A stretch of 61,799 bases of DNA, the filler included, from Dugesia japonica (Eukaryota), in NCBI GenBank assembly GCA_001938525.1. It is 5 parts of 5 records of this genome, joined end to end, with 100 filler letters (N's around TTAATTAATTAA, not from the genome) between each part and the next. Parts side by side here need not be neighbours in the genome. Positions count along the whole stretch, not along the records: positions 27,641 to 40,400 come from MQRL01648270.1; positions 40,501 to 52,725 come from MQRL01580106.1; 3 more parts are not named here. One strand, 5' to 3'. Below are positions 33,239 through 46,432 of this stretch, piece by piece (the first letter of the stretch is position 1; each line of letters begins with the position of its first letter). The notes beneath the pieces were generated by a model. The model searched no databases. It had not been told where the DNA came from and worked only from the letters and a program-made list of their open reading frames with translations. The translations under genes were made by a program, and so were the position numbers.

Positions 33239-36200
33239 GTTTAGATTTAAATTTAATCAAATTCAAATTTATGTATTTATAAAAATTATTAACTAATAAT
33301 ATATGGTCGAAATATACAGAAATACGATGTGGATCTTTTTATTTATAATTTAAATGTTCGATAATTTTAGTAATAGTATTTTACAAAATTTGTATCCTTT
33401 TCTAATATTTTCTAAAATTGATTCGTTAATTATAAATCTTTTCACTGTTGGAAAAGATAAGATATTCACTTGAATTTTATTTATTATTTTGAGAAAAATA
33501 ATAATTAAATATAATAATAATTTTATGTGGAAATTTATGAGATACAATGATACAAAAAGACAAATACATGTTAGAAGCAGAGAGATTGTTTTTTCTGTTC
33601 CACTATTAATTGTTCTAGTATTTCGGAGTGAAAAGAGCTTTAAAAAATAAAATACATTTATTGAAGAGGAAATATAAAATGGATATGAAGCATTGGGATG
33701 ATATTTTTATCATATAAGTATTGCACTTAATAATAAGAGAAAACAACAGTAGCTTCATACTACAACACAAGAATGCTAAAAATAAGACTCATAATAAGCA
33801 TCACACTTCCAACACTGAATAAGTTCCAGAATAGTACTTTTCATAATTTGCTTGTGCTTCTTATTAAAATCTTCCACATACTGTAATATAATTAGCATTT
33901 TCAAACATTTTTTCTTAGAAATGTCTATTTATGTGACTAAATGTTGTGAGATCCAGACTCGTCAGTGGTAATCCCTGGTTTCTGCATTTTTTTGAACCGG
34001 AAAGGTGTGTACTATTCAATAAATCATCGTAGTGCGTGAAGTATATGCGAATTTTTTTTTCAGAAAAGTTGACAAATCAGGCACCCATTAAGATAATTCT
34101 TGTTTAGATACCAAAAGTGGTGTTTAATCATCCGTAATTATATTTTTCAGAAATTTGTTTTCATGGTTATCGAACATTCCAAGACACCAAAAATCATTTC
34201 ATCCTTTTCTGAGGCATCTTTAAAGTAGATAGATGCACATGGGAACTGTTAAGAGTTTTTTTTTATATAGACGTATAAATATTTTATAAAATTTCAAATA
34301 AGACGATAAAGTTTTTAAAATTTTATTTAAAACAATGGGAAAATAATTATAAAATTGCATAGAAGTCATAAAAATAATTCTCAACTGTTCTCGTATGCAC
34401 GTATCCATCTACTCTTTACGTAACTGGGTGTCAATTTTTATATTTCACACAAGATGTTTCTTACATTTCATTTAGTCACATTTAATATCTCCGACATTTT
34501 TCTTATGGTGATTCATTTTCAAACACTTATTCTCATCCATCTTTAAACCAACTAATTCAGCGGCAAATAGAATACATGAAGAGAAATGAAATGAAAAACT
34601 GATATATTTTGTTTTTATAATGTAAATATTTTGTGTAAAGAATATAAAATTTAAAATTAATTTTCATTAAAAATGTTTATTTTATGATATATATAATTAG
34701 TTATTTGATAATTTTGTAGATATATATGATTTTGTATCAAATTTTAAGAATAAATAATCTTGTCCATAAATGTTTTATCATCCACGGCACACACTTTGAA
34801 AAACACTTAGGTTACATTTTCTGAATACTATCATTTCATATTAGAAATTTTGTATCTCTGTCAATATCTTAATTGTATATTGCTAAGATAGTGAGGGTAT
34901 TTCATAGTAATAATTTAGTCATTAATCATAAATATCTTAGTTCATCTTCATAATATCATTGATATAAATATAGCAAAAAGTATCATAACAATATTGAACT
35001 AGATTTAATTTTTAAATATGTTAGTATTGTCTTAATATAGTCAATATTTTACAATATACATCTACGTTGTTTTATTTAGATAGCCTAGATGAATTTATTG
35101 AGAAAATTAAGAAAGATGTAAGAAAAAATCATAAAATTTTCAACTTCAAAATATTAATTTTTTATTTGCTTTCAGTATTTGTTGAAATGGATACAACAAG
35201 TTGTCGAAAATAATTTGGAAGTTATGCTTACTGTTTTATTACCATATCCAATCGAATACGCTAAAGTTGGATCATGCTGGTGAATTGAACTTCATGTTTG
35301 AAATATACATAAAAATTTTGATAATTTTATTTTTTCTTAATTCAAATTAAAAAAATTTATTAAAAATTTCTTCCAACAATTCATCCAATATCAAAAAGGT
35401 AGTAGCATATTGGAAAAAGATAAGGAAGGTGAGATAAAATCTCTATATTCAGTTCATGTAGCTTTTGTATCATAACAGATATAAAAAATTTTAATATAAA
35501 AAAATCTACCCTTTCAAATTATGTTAAAACTTTTATAAAAACATTAATATTTAAGGAAAAAAGTAATAAGATAATCAGATAAAGAAATTCAGCAATTTCA
35601 TATGTATCGTATATTTCTAGTTTATATTCTTATCAGCTTCAACTATATCACTAAAATAGATTAAATCTAAATAAATATTTTTTAAATTGATATTTAAATC
35701 ACTTAATATATTGTGATTGTTTTATGATTTTTCTTCAATAATTTTTTGTTTCAATGAAGTGTCCATATTTAATAAAAAAACAAGTATTATGAAAAATTCA
35801 TTTTTTAAACAACAAAAAATGCATTGATTCAGCTATAATAATTATCTTTTGTATGACTGCATATATTATTTATTAATAATGTTTAATAGGGACTCATTAT
35901 GTGATCGAACGGCTCAAGTCAAACAAGGATTGCACAAAATATCTAGTTTAATTCCATACGATATAATTACATTTGAGGTTTGTTCATAATTAGTTCATTT
36001 TCATTCTTATATGATTACTCGTTTATATTTAGACCTGGGATTACATAATTCCTTTTTGGCTGGAAACTTTGCGAACTGAAATTCCTGAAAGTGATTATCC
36101 GGAATTAGAAATATTAATGAAGTAAATATTAATTATTTGTTTCTATTTTTAATAAAACAAACATCTAAAAATTGAGATAAGAAATATTAAAAAGAATATT

Positions 36201-36339
36201 TAAAAGAACGCCATTTAATAAAATATTTATTTGCTGTAATTAATTTCGACGGAATAATCTTCATCATCAGGCAATTAATGATTATTTAAAAAACTCATTA
36301 AAAATTTTAAATTTTCAATTATGCAATCTCAATAAATAA

Positions 36340-36683
36340 TCAATAAAACAATTTTAAGAGCGATGTTGAATCTGTCAACTGAATATTAATTTTAGGATTT
36401 AATGCTCTTATAAACAAAGCTTCACACATCGTTCTCTCCCAATAATTATTAAATCCACTGCACAAAATTTTAAAATCAGAAAACTCTATTGAATTTATAC
36501 ATTTTCTTCGATGATCATACACCCATTACATTTAAATAGATAGATCAGATCAAAGCACAAACCTAAAGAGGTTATATATTTATTATTGAACATATTTATA
36601 ACCTTATAAGATTGAGGTATGATTTTTATATTTAAAATATTCTTAAGAGCATTTTCAATTAAAAATTTAATGTTTAATAACAT
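36340..36683 (-). mobile_element. Penelope-like element GIY-YIG endonuclease remnant
   Basis: LIYLFKCNGC then DFKILCSG...CEALFIRALNPKINIQ...LKLF, the typical PLE C-terminus. Internally deleted. Confidence 0.7.
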
Positions 36684-38040
36684 CGTGACGGAGAGGAATC
36701 ATCTGGTTCCATGTGACTTTGTTTCATATTGTGTACCTGTATTTGGTAAAAATGTTAGTATAAAGAAATAAATAATAATTTCAGCCTATAGAAAGCGATT
36801 AAAATAATTATTAATATTAATTATTTCTATTTACCTATATTTATTTAAATCAGTATGTCATCTGAGTTAATAGTAAAATTAAAATATATCTTTATTTAAA
36901 AAATTTTAACCATTGATCTGTAAAATAACTGAATAAACAATTTGATTTAAAATAAAATGTTTTAAAAGCAAAAGATCAAAAATTTTTGTTGCCTTTTTCA
37001 ATATTTCGGCTATGCCTTCTTCAGGAACAATAGTTATATGCATGTGAGTATTTTTGATTCCAATGCTTCTGAATAATGAGTAATAACTAAAAACATAAAA
37101 TATAAAATAACTTAATTAATTAAAAATTTTAGGAGGAAAGTTGAAAGAAAAATGTAATATTAAAAAGACAGCAACAAAAAGACTTAAATTGGAAAAAACG
37201 GCTAAAATTGAAACAAAAATAATTTGTGGGAGGTAAAAATAAACATTGATTTGACGACGTAGCGAAAGATGAAAAAACAGATAATTAAAAACTGTCAAAT
37301 CTGACAAGAACAGAAAAAGTCAAAATTCTGTCGCCAGAGCACAGTCTAAATAAGGAAAGAGATTCATTAAAATTTTGGGAGAAATTATTGAAAAAGAGGC
37401 AGACTGCATGCGATTTAAAAATCTATTGAAATTATTGTCTGATTAAAAGATATTTGAAAGAAGAATTTAATTGGTGTATTTTAAGTAGGATCTATTTTAA
37501 GACATTTTTAAGAACTCGATTAAAAAATTTTAGTAATTAAAAGGTAAGCCTTTTAAAGTTAAAAAAGAAAATAAAAAGTGAAACTACAGAGTAAATTTTG
37601 ATATTAGAATAAAAATGATAAAGGTTAACTTAAGAATTTGGACTTGAGTTGATTTTGATTTCGAATCTAAAGCAGAATCCTATTAATTGAGTTTTCACCC
37701 TTCGCGTGTAAAGGAGAAAAGTGATTATTGTTATCTAATTTGGGTTGATTTATTGGTATTCTATGTATTTATTGAATAAAACTTAATAAATATTGTTGGG
37801 ACTTGGGACTCGAACACGAGAATTTGGATTCAGAGTAATTAATAAATTTGTATTTATTCCTATAAAAACTCAACAAAAATTATAGAATTTTTGTTAATTA
37901 AAATATCAATGTTAATGTGTTTGTGAACTATAGTAGAAGTGGAAAGGTAGATATTTAATTTATTATCGTACTCCTAGATTTATGGTTACCAACAGTTCCG
38001 AGAGCGTTTTTCATAAAATTTATGGGTACCCTTCCTATGC

Positions 38041-38071
<31 letters not shown>

Positions 38072-39070
38072 TTTATTTAGGAAACTCCTCAGATAATGCC
38101 ATTGTATAAAATATTTAAAAATATATAAATAAATATACAATATAGCCTTTTAGGATCACATTTGTTTTTTACATTAATTTATGATCGCAATTCAAAAAAT
38201 TAGTGTTGCAAATATGATATTTTATGAAAAATGTTGTTGTTGTCAATTTTATCAGACCCAGAAAATATGTTGTTCAACCCGGAGCCCGGAGAAATCTTTT
38301 TAATTATGGAGTTTCCGGGTTAAATACCATTCCGCATATTCACTACTGTACTCTTTTTACGTATTGGTAGTAATCGAAGTCATGTGTGAAGTATTCCGTA
38401 AATGAACAAAATAAAATCTAATGGCGGATTGCCTTGCGATAGGAACTGCCACAGAAACAAAAAAAACTGAATAGTTTGCATGCGGAAACTAAGTAGTGAA
38501 AGACAGTAGTATTACTTTGGATATACCAGTTAATCTAACATAATATTTAAAAAATATTAATAAATTTATGCTTATACAATTAATCTTCTAAAATTGTCTC
38601 ATTCTATTAATTAGTAAATTAAAAAATATCAATCAAATTTCATTAAATTAAAACCTTCGATCAAAGTATTGTATTTTTTTTTAGTTGTTAGTATTTAGCA
38701 TTTTTTACTTTCGTCTTCTTAAGTATTTACTTTTTAAAGTTAAATTCTGAAAATGACAAAATTCGAAATACTAAATAAAAAAATGTATAAAAATAATATT
38801 TTAATCGAAGTTTCCAATCAATCTCAAATATGATCAATGGTTAAATCCAACAATTATTCTCGGAATAATTGTAATTATAAAATTTTCAATTAAATTGTTT
38901 ATTTTTTTTTTAATATTGCATATTCACAAAAATTTACTGAAAATAGCAAATTTTAGATGTTTAACTGTATTAGTTTCTTGACTATTTAATATTTAAATGC
39001 AATTAGAAAATGTGACGAATAATTCAATTCTGACAACAACATTTTATTCATTAATGTTAAATTCTAAATT

Positions 39071-39922
39071 CTATTTGTAACCAGATTCAAAGCTTATCAA
39101 ATTTCTATTTTTGACGCTAGATTTCAAATAAAAAATAACAAATACAATTAAATTTAAGCACACTAAACAAATGAAAATCCAAGTAAATGTGACTAGAACT
39201 GTGTAGGTATTACTAACAAGATTATATGATAAATTCTTACATCCAACGTAATATGTTAATTGTATTTCATCTATTAAGCAAAACGCCAATACTGCTGGTG
39301 TTTTGTTTTTTTGAAATTTTTCCAGTGCAATTGGATTGATTAAATCTTTATATGAAAGAAACCCACAACATTTCAGAACAATTTGAACTTTATCTAATAT
39401 TCTTGTAATTTCACCAATATCATTTTCTTTATAATATTGCGTTAAATTTTTTATTACTGGAATGTTGATTTTATCGTAATATTTACTGATAGTTTTGTTT
39501 AAAACATCATCAAATAATTGATATTCATGATATCGCAGAAATACTAATCCGAATATGACGCATAAAGCTACAGAAAGTGATAATAATATTATCAATGTGA
39601 TTAATATTGTTTCATATGGTTTTAATATACATTTTATGGCTAATAGAATAATGGAATAATTGAATATAGCGATTAGTAATAATGCTATTCCACAGTTATT
39701 GAAATGATTGGAAAATCCTTCTCCATCTAATAAATAATGTAAAATACTATTGTCTTTTTCAGTTACAACTCCACTTATTGTATCAATATTTGTAAAATCG
39801 ATGTTTGTTAATCGCCATGAAGAAAATTTCAACAAATAACAAGCTCCGATAAATAATAATAAATTTGCAATGGCTAGCAACACCGTTGATGTAACAGCTA
39901 CATTTTTAATGACTACCCGCAT
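39071..39922 (-). CDS. Intronless divergent tetraspanin
   Basis: Four hydrophobic segments. Large loop with LDKVQIVLKCCG..SYKD and a GC before TM4. Confidence 0.85.
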   Translation of the reverse strand: MRVVIKNVAVTSTVLLAIANLLLFIGACYLLKFSSWRLTNIDFTNIDTISGVVTEKDNSILHYLLDGEGFSNHFNNCGIALLLIAIFNYSIILLAIKCILKPYETILITLIILLSLSVALCVIFGLVFLRYHEYQLFDDVLNKTISKYYDKINIPVIKNLTQYYKENDIGEITRILDKVQIVLKCCGFLSYKDLINPIALEKFQKNKTPAVLAFCLIDEIQLTYYVGCKNLSYNLVSNTYTVLVTFTWIFICLVCLNLIVFVIFYLKSSVKNRNLISFESGYK

Positions 39923-40500
39923 ATTACTAAATCTTTAATAAAATAGATTTTTTTTTNNNNNNNNNNNNNNNNNNNNNNNNNNNNNNNNNNNNNNNNNNNN
40001 NNNNNNNNNNNNNNNNNNNNNNNNNNNNNNNNNNNNNNNNNNNNNNNNNNNNNNTTTTTTTTTGAATGAATATAATAATAAAATTAGAAAACCCAGAGTA
40101 TTATTGTAAGAAAGAAAGATAATGGACAAAATATGGAATTTATAAAACAATAGTTATAATTTTGAATGATAATCATAAAAGAATCACATAATTATTCTAT
40201 AACACAATTCGTTACAAATATCAAATTGTACATAAATATATGCCAATTTTTAATCATCAAATCTAAATGAATAGGTTCAAGATTAAACAACTTTTTTTTA
40301 ATAAAAATAAAATCCATTACTATGTACACATTTCTCCCATTAAGTTACAAGTTTATTTATCTCAATAGGATAGAAATCGTGAGCTCTGGATGCAAAGAAA
40401 NNNNNNNNNNNNNNNNNNNNNNNNNNNNNNNNNNNNNNNNNNNNTTAATTAATTAANNNNNNNNNNNNNNNNNNNNNNNNNNNNNNNNNNNNNNNNNNNN

Positions 40501-42480
40501 TAATTCGATATTTTCTTGTTTATATGGTTTATACTCTGTATTTGATGATCTATCATTAGTTAGTTTTTTTAACTTCAGCTCATCATCCATGTTTTATTGT
40601 ATGTACTCCTTGATGCTTTTCTAAATTTTTTATTTTTTCACTGTGGTTTTGCACAATCATGTGTTTTGCAATAAATGGGCAGAAACATGCTCCTAATTTN
40701 NNNNNNNNNNNNNNNNNTGCATGTAATTGTCCTAGAGAAAGTATTTGATGACCCGCTAATTTTAAAAATGTTACGACACACCACCCGAATAAAATACATA
40801 TATTGCCAAACCATTGCATTCCTCCCAAAAATCTATCTACGAAATTGCGCATTGCCCTTTTAAAATGATCTGCATACAATAGTGATTCAAAATTTACATC
40901 GTATCCATTACTCCCTCTTGCTACTTTATCAACCATTATTGATATTATTTTCTCTNNNNNNNNNNNGAAAAGCATATGTTTTCGCGCATTTTCAATATTG
41001 TTAATTGTATAAATACCGCGCTTTTCCATATTATTAATTCTTTCCAATTCTGTTGTTCTACCGAGCTCTATCATTTCCATCATTAGTGGAGTTGGTGCTG
41101 TATTTCTGTCCGACACTGTTATCCATACCTCTTCATTTATTTTGTACATAGGATCAAAAATGTTACTACATTTTTCAATCACTTTTGATTGATAATGTTT
41201 ATCCTTTAAAATCCTTGTTATTGAGAGCAAAAACACTTTTTCCCCTTATAAATTACTGGTAGTTCATTTGTACATTTCTCATGATCTGTAAGCGTAACGG
41301 CTACTGGTTTACATTGAAAACTCACTAAAGTTTCTCCCACTATTCTTCCAAATGTTCCTCTTTCCTCGAATAAGAGTGGTGCTACCAGATCCTGATTCGT
41401 GACTACCATTGCCATTTTTACTCTTAATAATTCTCGCTTAATTTTACAATTTCTCATCATTGTTTTTTGATATATTCTGTGTACTTGTCTTAAAAGTTCA
41501 TGATAGATAAAATCAATTTTATTGTTAAAATATGTAGCTATTTTTACATCCAATTTATCAACTTCTGGTCTGGCATCTTTTATTTCCTTTACTGATAAAT
41601 ACAATCCATTATAATCTGTCACTATTACTTCCACTCCACATTTGATATCTACTTCTTTCTCTATAAGCCTTAATGCTTCTTGTGTTGAATTTGATATATA
41701 TTGCTTTCTCACCAATTACTGTTGCTTTTCTTTTAGCATCTCGTATATTAGGTGGCTTGTCTGTCGGGAATGTTCCACTGACTTTTCACTTAGCTACTGT
41801 CCTTAATTTTGCAAGTGTACATTCAAATGGATGTACTTTATACACCATCATTGATTCTCCAGTATCACAACTTGTGTCTTTAAGGCTACAAAATGGGTGT
41901 GTCATCATTTTTCCTGTGGCAGCATCAAATGTTACCTTTATTTTCTTTAGTTCAACATGATATTGTCTTCGAATTAAAATTTCAGATTTCACTTGTCCCC
42001 ATATTCTATAATTTCNNNNNNNNNNNNNNNNNNNNNNNNNNNNNNNNNNNNNNNNNNNNNNNNNNNNNNTCATTCTCGCCCCAACTCTTGCTTGTAATTC
42101 GTACCCATGTACTTTCAACACTTTTGTTTTAAACGCTTTCTCACAATTACTCGCATCTACTACCATTATGTCTGGAGATCAAGCTGGTATTAGTGGTATA
42201 CTTTTTGTAGTATCACAATATGAAATTTCCTCTTCAAATTTTATACTACATTCGTATGCTTCTGCATGCACAAAATCGGACTCTTGATATAAATGCATGA
42301 TTATTGGATTTGATATTTTTATTTTTGTTGGATGCGCCTCTGGGCAATTTTTTACATTTAATAATGAATACTTTTCCCCCCATTTTGGATTATTACAATC
42401 ATATGCTACCATTGCATTTGCTCCTCTTGCTAATTTTAATAACATTATTATAATTGTTAATATTGTACCCATTAGTGGTC
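40501..42480 (-). pseudogene. Decayed viral fusion glycoprotein of the chuvirus / LTR-retroelement env type
   Basis: Signal peptide followed by AYDC...YSLLNVKNC, YFNNKIDF, GETLVSFQCKPV, CTNELPV, ITRIL, C...PMYKI...W, GIYT and a C-terminal hydrophobic anchor. Spread over four track ORFs joined by in-frame TGAs (42179, 41786) and frameshifts. Confidence 0.8.
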
Positions 42481-42559
42481 GATTTGATTTTTTATTTTCT
42501 TTATTAATAAGTTTCTTTATTTCATCTTCTTGTTCTGTTTGTTGAATTTTTTGTTTACT

Positions 42560-43030
42560 ATTATTTNTTGGATATAACCTTTCCCAACCTCCTTCTTGTG
42601 TGATCCACGCGTTAATTCCTTTATTCAAAAATTGATTAATTATTCGTTCAACAACCACAACGTTTTTATCAGGTTTCTCAACTAGTTGTTCTCTATTTTT
42701 GAGTATTAGATACAAAATAGCCGTGACTACNNNNNNNNNNNNNNNNNNNNNNNNNNNNNNNNNNNNNNNNNNNNNNNNNNTATTTTTGAGTATTAGATAC
42801 AAAATAGCCGTGACTACTTTATTTTTATTTATTCTTTCTTTCATCATTGTTTTTTATCACTTTATAATCATCAATTTCTGGATCTGCTATTATCAATTTG
42901 CTCACTTCTTTTAATATGAGTTTCATGTCTTCGAATATCATTAATGCTCTATTTTGAGTTATTATGCAATCATATAGATCAGCATGCACTAATTTGATTA
43001 GGCTTCTTATAAGTCCTTGATCTGATCCTG
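42560..43030 (-). pseudogene. Bcl-2-like domain upstream of, and in frame with, the glycoprotein
   Basis: BH2-like INAWITQEGGWERL. BH1-position segment VIKTMMKERINKNKVVTAILY (after a homopolymer frameshift near 42850), at the normal spacing once the gap-duplicated segment is removed. Confidence 0.6.
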
Positions 43031-43349
43031 CTGATGCTTGCTCATCGTATCTTTTTGCTATATTATTCAAATGTTCAACTTGCACTCTTTCTGGCATTAT
43101 ATCTTCTAGTTTTGGTCTACCTCTTGATCTTGTATAATCTGATACTTTGTCTTTNAATATTTTCTGTCTTGGCATTTCGCTTCTTACATCATCTGATGTT
43201 GATGGTTTTTCATTTCTTGTGGTTGATGTTGGTGACTGTTGTTGGCTTGATCTTTCCTCCTCAGCTTTATCTGCTTGTGCCATCATACTCAAAATTTCTT
43301 CCATAGATTGTTGTTGATCGTTTGTTAATATTTGCGGCTTATGTTTTAT

Positions 43350-43595
43350 GATTTTTGCTTTTATGATATTAATATTTCCTGGAATAATTCCATATTCCAT
43401 CAATGTTCTATTTTCCTTTCGTTCTGTATCATAGAATGATAGTTTTATCTCATCTTCATTTTTTAACAATTCTGGCCAATCTCTCTTTATTATTTCATAT
43501 AATTTATTCGTTTTCGTACAAGCATGTACTGTTAATTCTAATGCTGTCACTGAGCATTCGTTTTTTCATGCTACCACTTTGATCTTTAATGACTC
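43350..43595 (-). pseudogene. Ubiquitin-like domain in the same decayed ORF
   Basis: LKIKVVA*KNECSVTALELTV...TNKLYEIIKRDW...IKLSFYD...ENRTLMEYGIIPGNINII follows the beta-grasp pattern (cf. ubiquitin DGRTLSDYNI). In-frame TGA at 43566-43568. Confidence 0.55.
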
Positions 43596-45974
43596 TTGCA
43601 AAGTTTTGTTTCNTTTTATATATTCACTATATTTTTGAAATATCTCGTCTATTGTTTCTAACTTTTCTGGTATCTCTATTTTGTTTTGATTTTTTGCTAA
43701 CATGATTACTATTGGTTTAATCTTTTGAAAGTTGATAGGGTATTCACTAATATCTTTCAAATACTGTAACAATCTAAGTTCATTAATTCTTTCTTTTGTT
43801 ATTTTCAATCGAACATTCTCGATCAATATTTCTTGTTTCTTTTCATCAACTGCATCTAAACCCAGTAGAAGCCATGGTAGCCAGAATACAGGACTTTCGT
43901 GAGCGGCAAAGTTATCAGAACTGGACGGGGCCTGACCGAATCATCGCCACTTCGTTCCAGTATCAACCTTCAACCCCACCCCCAGGCATTTATTAACAAT
44001 TTGCTATGGGGTGTAAGAGAACTCTCGGGTGTGAAGGATTCAGAGAATACCGCACCCGTGACTGATTCAGCACCCACTCATTAGTGATTCATCTTGTTTT
44101 AGTTGCAATAAAATACATAGTTGTTTCCTGACTTATAACAAAATATTTTTCCTGTAAAATTATTTTTCTAATAAAAAACACAGTAATGATTGATGAATGT
44201 CCACCGGGTAACAATAGGTGTAAGTGGTTGGTGCAATTCACCAAATCTTTATATAGTGTTTTATTAATTTCATTTATTCTAGTGCACTCATCATTGAATC
44301 GCGTTACGGCCCCGACCAAGAAAGTGAGAGCTTTTAGTGATGAAACCGAAATCATTTAGGATTACTATAAGTTGGTCAAGCGACGCTGGGAAGCTGATGT
44401 CGCAGACGCTGATGCCAAGGTTCGGCGTTATTGCCACTTATTGTTTTAGACGTTCAATACTATAACAAATCAAATTTCAAGTCAAGACGAATTCTTTACT
44501 ATTTAAATAAAGTGATGAAAACCAAATTAATCAAAGTGTATATGTTCCAGAAAAANTTTCTTTCTATTCATATAGTAATAATCAATTTTAGTAATAATTA
44601 ATACGATTAATCATATATACTTTTCAATTTTAACTCATCTGAATGATTCAGGTAATTTTAAAAACCTTTTGCATTTTATTAGTCTGTCTATTTTTTAGAT
44701 AATCTTGTTTAATTAAAATAAAACTTTTGGCAACAAGTGTTGAGGTGTTCAAGTTACCTGTTTATGTTAAACGGCTAAACTATTGGTAATTCTTTCAATA
44801 AAATATATAGATGCGTTTTCTCTTGGAAATACTATATAATAATCTCTAATTATTGAAATGGTACAACTTAAGTAGAACTTTGAGAGGAATTTTGTAATTA
44901 TAGTTCATCAATAAATTCTATTAAAATATAATGTTCATTTAGTTATTTATTGTTATGACCTATTTCTAATAAATAAACCAATTAAACATTATACACCAAA
45001 TACATAAAAACTTACAAAATAAATATTATTAAAAAGGCTAAATTTTACATGACTCTGATCTAACAAAAGTGTTTTCTATTCTAAGAGCCTAATTATGGTG
45101 TTATAGGAGAGAAAGTTATATTTCTAGATAGTTTCATTCGTCTTTAAATATTCGGTTCAAATTAAGTTGTCAACATTTGATATTTTTAATATTTTTATTT
45201 TTGAATAATACTTATAATTTAATTGTACAACCCTAAAAATCCATGCTACCTTTATTTTTTATTTTTTTATTTCCTTAAATTAATATGTTTATCCTATTTT
45301 TGTTTCTTAATGAAATTCCGTAATGTTTTTCTTAATTCCTGTAGTGTTTTTATCAGGTGGTGTTATTCATGACTTTAGGGTGTTTTNTTAAGTCTTGGTA
45401 TTTCATTCAGCAACTATTTTCATTTTTAGATTATTTACTGATTTATTTAAGGACTCTTATCAACTTTTAAGTCTTATTTCTTCTCTATTTTCTTTATTTT
45501 TTTTTAAGTATCTACTTTTATGTTTGATTTTTTTTCACTGTTATTGCCACTCGATTCTTGAAATAATTTTTGCATTATTTCATTGAATATAATGTTTAAA
45601 TGAAAAACAGTATAAACTAATTTTATAATAATTTTCAGTTAACAAAAAAAAGTCGATTCCTGACGAAGAAAACGTCGGAAATTAGATTTATTATCAAAAA
45701 CCAAAATAAATTTGATCGAAGCTTTATTTTAGTGAAATCTCAATGAAGATCAATGGTTACGTCAAACAATTATTATCGCAATAATTGTAATTGTAAAACT
45801 AATAACTTTTACCTAATTTATTTTATAAAAATATTTGAAGTTTTACTGATTTAAAAAATTTTTTTAAACTAAAATGAAAAAATAAAAATTAACCAAATAG
45901 TCTAATAACGTATTTCTTTGTTTAAATTAATATTGTTACAGCAACGTATACTGTGCAGAATTAAATTGGAAAAA

Positions 45975-46092
45975 ATGAAATTTAAATATTTTACTCCAAA
46001 TCAAGTTGCGCTGCATAATAATATTGATGATTTATGGGTTTCTTTCTTAGGCGAAGTTTATAATTTGACTTCTTTATGTGACAAATATAAAG
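45975..46092 (+). CDS. CYB5D1: Cytochrome b5 domain-containing protein 1, exon 1
   Basis: [34 protein letters not shown]...YKG matches the CYB5D1 N-terminus. Confidence 0.88.
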
Positions 46093-46136
46093 GCACATAT
46101 AACTATATTATTATTAGTTTAATGATTTTTCTCCAG

Positions 46137-46432
46137 GGGATGTTTTGATTAAACCAATATTAGAAGCTGGTGGAACTGACATATCTCATTGGTTCGATCA
46201 CAAAACAAAAGATATTCGCCATTACATAGATCCAGTAACAAATTGTAAACTTTACTATACTCCATATGGGAGATTTGTTCATGTTCCACCACCATTTCCT
46301 ACGACCGATTGGAACAATGATTATGGCCGAACATGGTGGAAAGATAGTACTTACATTATGGGAAAATTGTCTACAAAAATTCGACAAATTTTATTAGTTA
46401 ATACTCTTACTAAAGAAAGACATGTTCTCGAA
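46137..46432 (+). CDS. CYB5D1: CYB5D1 exon 2
   Basis: Acceptor ctccag, then [20 protein letters not shown]...[11 protein letters not shown]...WWKD...[11 protein letters not shown], then donor GTATGA at 46433. Confidence 0.92.

Noticed and set aside
33900-34560. Possible Mutator/MULE transposase remnant on the minus strand
   Set aside because: Only a faint TT..(E/S)GSHN-like match amid many stops. Too degraded to call.
42695-42820. Duplicated VVTAILYLILKN peptide in the Bcl-2-like region
   Set aside because: Identical sequence on both sides of a 50-N gap points to a contig overlap artefact, not a real duplication.
41786-43568. Alternative genetic code (TGA=Trp) explaining the in-frame stops
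   Set aside because: The same ORF uses TGG for Trp and also has frameshifts, and host CYB5D1 terminates on TGA.
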